A stretch of 32,000 nucleotides of DNA from the NCBI GenBank assembly GCA_037441475.1, contig JBBISB010000002.1, positions 60,001-92,000 of the forward strand, read 5' to 3'. Made by a program: the position numbers and the translations under genes. Source of the DNA: Candidatus Iainarchaeum sp. Its GTDB lineage: Archaea > Iainarchaeota > Iainarchaeia > Iainarchaeales > CSSED10-239. A model generated the notes under the pieces. It worked only from the letters and a program-made list of their open reading frames with translations, was not told the origin of the DNA and ran no database searches. Positions 27,690 through 32,000 of the stretch are shown piece after piece. Positions within the stretch are counted from its first letter, which is position 1, and each line of letters begins with the position of its first letter.

Positions 27690-28421
27690 CTACTTGTATT
27701 GAAGCATGAAGTAAGCACCTTCACAGGAGTTGTTAATCATGTCTCCTGATGAAGAACAAACTATACTGTTATCTTCTAAATAGAAACAATCAACTGAACC
27801 ATTAAAGGTTCCTTTTTCTTTTAAATCAAGATAATCTAAAAGAGATTGAGGGGTGTTAAAATAACAAGTACCTTCTGTTTTAATATCTTCTTTTGAAACC
27901 ATGCTTTCATTAAAGTTATCTTCACCAGTAATTTCAACATTAATATCATAAAGAGAAAGGTTTACTTTACAGTAGATATACTCAATACCCTGTATAGTGT
28001 ATTCAGTGGTTCTTGTAAAAAATTTATTTTCTGTTTCTATTATGTCTGTGAAAAGGAAACTATAACCTTCCTTACAAGCTGCAGCATATTCTTTAAAACA
28101 ATTTATGTTTGTTCCACAGTTTTCAGGGTTTTATGCATAAATTATTTCAACTGGTATTTCTTCTGTAAAAGCAGAGTTGTTATCAATAACTAAAGAATTG
28201 TTATCTACAAAACCATCTGGTGTTTGAGAAATATTTTAATAATTTAAAGAAGCATCGTTTGTTCTTACAAAAACAAAGAGAACAATTAAAACAAGGATGA
28301 TTATTATAATAATTACATATAACCATAGAAACTTTGATTTTTTAGAAACATTTACAATGGTTGTATTTTCATCCATATCTTTTTCATCTCTTTTAAATGT
28401 ATATATAAAAGCACATAACAT
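27690..28421 (-). pseudogene. N-anchored Cys-rich extracytoplasmic protein gene, one continuous frame interrupted by two TAA codons
   Basis: ORFs 28421-28236 and 27902-27690 share a frame. The stretch between them translates without other stops (NISQTPDGFVDNNSLVIDNNSAFTEEIPVEIIYA*NPENCGTNINCFKEYAAACKEGYSF...). The in-frame TAA codons are at 28236-28238 and 28131-28133. The middle piece has no start codon. Confidence 0.55.
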
Positions 28422-28466
28422 TTAAAAAGTTATATTTTAGAAGAAAATATCTTTTATTCCTTGAAA

Positions 28467-29594
28467 TTATATCTTTTTATTATAAAGCTTGTTTAGGTAA
28501 GCAATAATTTTTTTAGATTTATTTGCATCTATTCCTGGAACCTTTGAAAGATCTGCAAAGTTAAGGTTCTTTACATTATTAATTGACTTATGGGTCTTTA
28601 TTAAGCTTTCAATAGACTTTTCATCAATATCGTTTATTTTAGAAAGGATCCTATAACCTCTTGGAAAATCATTTGTTTTTCCGTTTACAAAGTTTGATAT
28701 TTCTAAAATCTCAATTAACTTGTCAGTATCAGCTATTCTTCTTATACCTAGTTGCTTTAATAAAGAGATTTTTTCAAAAGAAGCCTCTCTTGTTATTATA
28801 TTGTTTGAATAATCTCTTAAGATGAAAGATAGTTCCTCATCAATACCGTATGTTACTTCATATAAAGTGTTTGAAATATCTTGACCTTGAGACCCAAGCT
28901 CAACTACCAAGTCATTCACTTGTTTTTCATGTTTTATAAAGTAAAGGATGTTTTGAATAACATCTAAAATTTCTATCTTAAGGTTAGGGGTGTTGTTTAT
29001 CTCATAGGAAAGAATATTTCTAAGTTTCTTATCAAGCTTTGTTCTAAAGTCCTTTAGGTTGTTTATAGCATAACTTGCTTTAACCATTAGGATGCTAAAG
29101 TCCTGTAAAACATATTTTTGGTCCTTATAGTAAAGAGAAATAACACTTCTTCTATGGGAGATGGCTATTACTGGAACATTTGATTGTTTTGCTGTTTGTT
29201 CAGCTGACCTATGCCTCATTCCTGTTTCCTTTGAAGAGATTTCTTTGTCTGGCATTAAATGTTTGTTTGCACCTATTATTTTTGTTAAGTCTTTGGAAAG
29301 GACAATGGCACCATCCATTTTTGAGAGTTCAAAGAGCTTTTGAGAGGAGAAAGGGATATCAAGGTCTATTCCTCCTTTAAGGATAGGTTTTAGTTCCTCT
29401 GAGTTGCCTAGGACTATTAGGGCACCTAGGTTACCATGTAAAATCTCATCTAGGCCTTGTCTTAGTTCTGTTCCTGGTGTAACAAGCGGCAGGATCCTTG
29501 TAATATCTATGACTTCATTTTTATATATTTCATTTAAGAGTTTTGAAGAGAAGTCATCTTCTACAAATATTCTTTTTTTTGGTTTTGTAGGCAT
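28467..29594 (-). CDS. disA: DNA integrity scanning protein DisA (diadenylate cyclase with a C-terminal HhH domain)
   Basis: N-terminal DAC domain (GALIVLG, KMDGAIVLS, GMRHRSAEQ), a helical linker and a C-terminal helix-hairpin-helix-like segment DLSKVPGIDANKSKKIIAYL. The 375-aa size is typical of DisA. Confidence 0.88.
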   Translation of the reverse strand: MPTKPKKRIFVEDDFSSKLLNEIYKNEVIDITRILPLVTPGTELRQGLDEILHGNLGALIVLGNSEELKPILKGGIDLDIPFSSQKLFELSKMDGAIVLSKDLTKIIGANKHLMPDKEISSKETGMRHRSAEQTAKQSNVPVIAISHRRSVISLYYKDQKYVLQDFSILMVKASYAINNLKDFRTKLDKKLRNILSYEINNTPNLKIEILDVIQNILYFIKHEKQVNDLVVELGSQGQDISNTLYEVTYGIDEELSFILRDYSNNIITREASFEKISLLKQLGIRRIADTDKLIEILEISNFVNGKTNDFPRGYRILSKINDIDEKSIESLIKTHKSINNVKNLNFADLSKVPGIDANKSKKIIAYLNKLYNKKI

Positions 29595-29650
29595 GTTTAA
29601 TCGTTCTTTTTGTTTTTTTTAAAAAGTAAAAACAAGGTTATTTTTAGGTA

Positions 29651-29679
29651 AATATCATATATTTTATTTATATGATATT
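29651..29679. promoter_or_regulatory. Perfect 11-bp inverted repeat upstream of disA
   Basis: aatatcatata (29651-29661), 7-nt spacer ttttatt, tatatgatatt (29669-29679), located 57-85 nt upstream of the disA ATG at 29594. Confidence 0.3.
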
Positions 29680-29826
29680 ATAGTTGTGCAAATTATTTAA
29701 AAAGAGATGTTGTTTATTTTATAAGTTATCTTTCTTGAAAGAAGTTGTTTTTTTTTTAAAAAAGTAATTTAAGGTGATCTTTTGTAGAAAACTCATGCTT
29801 ATAAAAAAACTAAAAATTAATATAAA

Positions 29827-31065
29827 CTAACTTATTTTTTTAAAAAAAACATAAAAGTTTAAAAAAGAAAGAAAAGAAATGTTAGTGTTAAAATATTTCT
29901 TAGACTCATTTAAATTATCTGTAAATAAAAAACCCTCTTTAGGATTATACTTTTCAATAAAGCTTAAATAGGATCTTGAAATGTTTGTTTGTTTAAGAGA
30001 ATTTTTAACCTCTAAAGGATATATAGAAAATCCTTTTTCAATAATGAAATCAACTTCAGCACCATTATTAGTTCTCCAGTATTTTGGTTCAATAGATTTT
30101 TTAATTAATTCAGAGAAAATAAAATTTTCTTTTATAAAACCAATATCACTACCTTCTAGAGAAAAAGTATCTAATATAGCATTTCTTAGGCCTATATCAT
30201 AGAAATATATTTTTTTACTTTTAATTAATTCAGTTCTTTTATTTTTATAAAAAGGATGTATTTCTTTGCAAATATATGTTTTATTTAATAGATTCATTAT
30301 CTTCTTTAAAACAGGATAATCTAAGTTACTTAATGTAGAAAGCTCTTTATAATTTATGATATTTCCTGTTTGTAAAGATAGAGCTTTAATTAAATAATTT
30401 AATTTGAAATCATCTGCTAAGTTTGAAATATTTTGAACATCTCTTAGAGCATATGTATAATATATATCTTTTAATAACTTTATTTTAACATCTTTTTTTT
30501 CCTCTAAAACAACTCTTGGATATCCTCCAAAAAGTAAAAACTCTTCAAAATAAGGTTTTAATAATTTGAAATAAACATCAGCATTATCTGTTGTTTTATA
30601 AAGAATTGAAAGGTTTTTATCCTTTGCTAAAAGAAATTCATAAAAGGAAAAGGAATATAATTCAAAAATATTTACTCTTCCTACAAGGTATTTTAAACTT
30701 TGAATAGATAGATCTATACTTGAAGAACTAGTTATTATTATTTTAACTTTATTTTTGTGTAAATCATATATGTACTTTAATATCTTTCCTGAATCCTTAG
30801 CATAATGAATTTCATCAATAAAAAGTATATCTGTTCCTTGGATGTATAGTTTAATAAATTCATCTGTGTTGTTTACAAAAAGATCTTTAATATTTAGGTT
30901 ATTAAAACTTATTTGAATTATTTTTTTATTTGAAATACCACTTAGTATATGCTCTATCATTGTGGTTTTACCAACTTGTCTTGCACCCATTACTGCTATA
31001 ATCTCAGGAGTTGATAAAAAGTTTAATAATGTAAATTCTAGATCTCTAGGGATATATTGGTCCAT
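29827..31065 (-). CDS. AAA-type ATPase of the COG1373/DUF4143 family
   Basis: Walker A GARQVGKTT and Walker B ILFIDEIH. The ~410-aa length and the C-terminal EVDFIIE motif are typical of this archaeal ATPase family. Confidence 0.8.
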   Translation of the reverse strand: MDQYIPRDLEFTLLNFLSTPEIIAVMGARQVGKTTMIEHILSGISNKKIIQISFNNLNIKDLFVNNTDEFIKLYIQGTDILFIDEIHYAKDSGKILKYIYDLHKNKVKIIITSSSSIDLSIQSLKYLVGRVNIFELYSFSFYEFLLAKDKNLSILYKTTDNADVYFKLLKPYFEEFLLFGGYPRVVLEEKKDVKIKLLKDIYYTYALRDVQNISNLADDFKLNYLIKALSLQTGNIINYKELSTLSNLDYPVLKKIMNLLNKTYICKEIHPFYKNKRTELIKSKKIYFYDIGLRNAILDTFSLEGSDIGFIKENFIFSELIKKSIEPKYWRTNNGAEVDFIIEKGFSIYPLEVKNSLKQTNISRSYLSFIEKYNPKEGFLFTDNLNESKKYFNTNISFLSFLNFYVFFKKIS

Positions 31066-31258
31066 ATAGATAATTTATACCGAAAAGTATATAAATACCA
31101 ACGGAAAATTTAAAAAAATTAAATAATCCGGCGGTTAAAATTGTAAAAAATTAAATTATTTGGGGGTTGTTTTTTTAAGAAAAAGATAATTTTTTAAAAA
31201 AACATATAAAAAAAGGTTTTATTTTTTAAAAATAAAAGAAAAGAAGATATTTTTTAAA

Positions 31259-31483
31259 TTATCTTCCTAATTTGTTATTAGAGTTTTTATGCTTGATTAC
31301 AAAGTAAGCAATTATTCCTAAAATAACAAGAGCAATTAATATCCATACAGCTAGAGAAATACCTTTTTTACTATCAGTTGTTAAGTCATGAGTATAAGGC
31401 ATAACCTCATCTGTTGGAGGAGTAACTGCATCTGTAGGTGCTTGAACCTCTTGTACTTCTGCAAAAGAAAGAGTGTTTTGCAT
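31259..31483 (-). CDS. Small protein with a C-terminal TM anchor, possibly the frameshifted 3' end of the upstream gene
   Basis: 74-aa ORF with the TM ISLAVWILIALVILGIIAYFVI and a basic tail. Its frame is open back to 31531 and so overlaps the end of the upstream ORF. Confidence 0.4.
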   Translation of the reverse strand: MQNTLSFAEVQEVQAPTDAVTPPTDEVMPYTHDLTTDSKKGISLAVWILIALVILGIIAYFVIKHKNSNNKLGR

Positions 31484-31514
31484 ACTTAAAAACTCTTCTT
31501 CAGTAACTCTTTCA

Positions 31515-32000
31515 TTAATTACAAGGTATATTTATTGTTTGACCTATATCTAAGGATGGAAGAGTAAATTCTATTATTGGGTCATCTAATAATACTCTAA
31601 AAGCATATATTGATGAGATTTGAGAGGCACTCTGTGCTATTTCCTTATGGATAACTTCAACTATCTTAACTTCCTTTAAAGGTTTATTTGAGTTGTTTCT
31701 TACATTTATTGTAAAAGTTGAAGTAAAGCTTTCTTGTCCGGTTTGAGAAACTGTTCTTCTAACTTCAAGATTTCTTTCTATTGTTAAAAGACCATCTTGA
31801 GCAGTTTGCATGTACTCTTGTATTTCATCTTCAGTTAAGTTACTTCCTTGAAGCATTTCTCTTACTTTAGAAGGAGTTACTGTTTCAATTGTTGAAGAAT
31901 AATTTTGAACTGTTGTTTGGTCTTGTGTTGTTGTTCCTGTTGTTGAAGAACCTCCGCTAGAAGAACCTGAAGAACCACCTTCAGAGCCTCCACTTGAGCC
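31515..32000 (-). CDS. Secreted/surface protein, 5'-truncated by the window end (Gly/Ser/Thr-rich linker plus a globular domain)
   Basis: The frame stays open from 31856 to 32000 (GSSGGSEGGSSGSSSGGSSTTGTTTQDQTT...), so the Met at 31856 is internal. I recognise no family. Confidence 0.55.
   Translation of the reverse strand, partial: GSSGGSEGGSSGSSSGGSSTTGTTTQDQTTVQNYSSTIETVTPSKVREMLQGSNLTEDEIQEYMQTAQDGLLTIERNLEVRRTVSQTGQESFTSTFTINVRNNSNKPLKEVKIVEVIHKEIAQSASQISSIYAFRVLLDDPIIEFTLPSLDIGQTINIPCN

Noticed and set aside
15794-28421. Genome-wide reassignment of TAA to a sense codon as the explanation for the three in-frame TAA codons
   Set aside because: Many genes here end at TAA exactly where family length predicts, including the ABC ATPase, the ZIP transporter, the 2484..3317 gene and the MscS extension itself. 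TAG and TGA are also used as stops. Local mutation, sequencing error or rare readthrough are more economical explanations.
31114-31168. Two 23-nt direct repeats (aaaaattaaataatccggcggtt and aaaaattaaattatttgggggtt, 19/23 identical, 32-nt period) as a small RNA or iteron
   Set aside because: They are mostly A/T low-complexity sequence in a spacer that must already hold a terminator and a promoter. I saw no convincing secondary structure or box motifs. They are noted only as weak.

Overview
The window is AT-rich and tightly packed, and it reads as a small-genome archaeon, probably DPANN-like. I judged composition by eye and computed nothing. Archaeal markers are an archaeal/eukaryal-type LeuRS, a class II photolyase, a Bud23-like rRNA methyltransferase, a COG1373-type ATPase, an archaeal-looking 23S 5' end and TATA-like A/T boxes. 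These sit beside typically bacterial signalling genes: DisA, a second DAC-domain cyclase and a long RelA/SpoT homologue. In order, the window holds: a partial 23S rRNA (minus strand, 5' ~1.6 kb, no 16S upstream); small envelope proteins; a YchF-like GTPase; a tandem RSH plus DAC pair; leuS; a same-strand block of two methyltransferase-like paralogues and two paralogous N-anchored surface proteins, one a 746-aa protein with seven exact 55-aa repeats; a Bud23-like MTase; MscS; a MacB-type ABC cluster enclosing a beta-sandwich repeat protein; tRNA-Thr(UGU) with a 23-nt copy of its 3' end ~0.9 kb downstream; a 2H phosphoesterase; a UPF0175-like protein; a ZIP transporter; a DUF45 metallopeptidase; a photolyase; DisA; and an AAA ATPase. 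The most striking observations are: (i) the repeat-fibre/methyltransferase locus, which matches no family I recognise; (ii) reading-frame lesions (three in-frame TAA codons and one or two +1 shifts) confined to otherwise intact envelope genes; (iii) the (p)ppGpp synthetase/c-di-AMP cyclase tandem in an archaeal context; (iv) an att-like tRNA duplication. I saw no CRISPR array, integrase, transposase or recognisable defence system. All family calls rest on motif recognition by eye, not on database searches.
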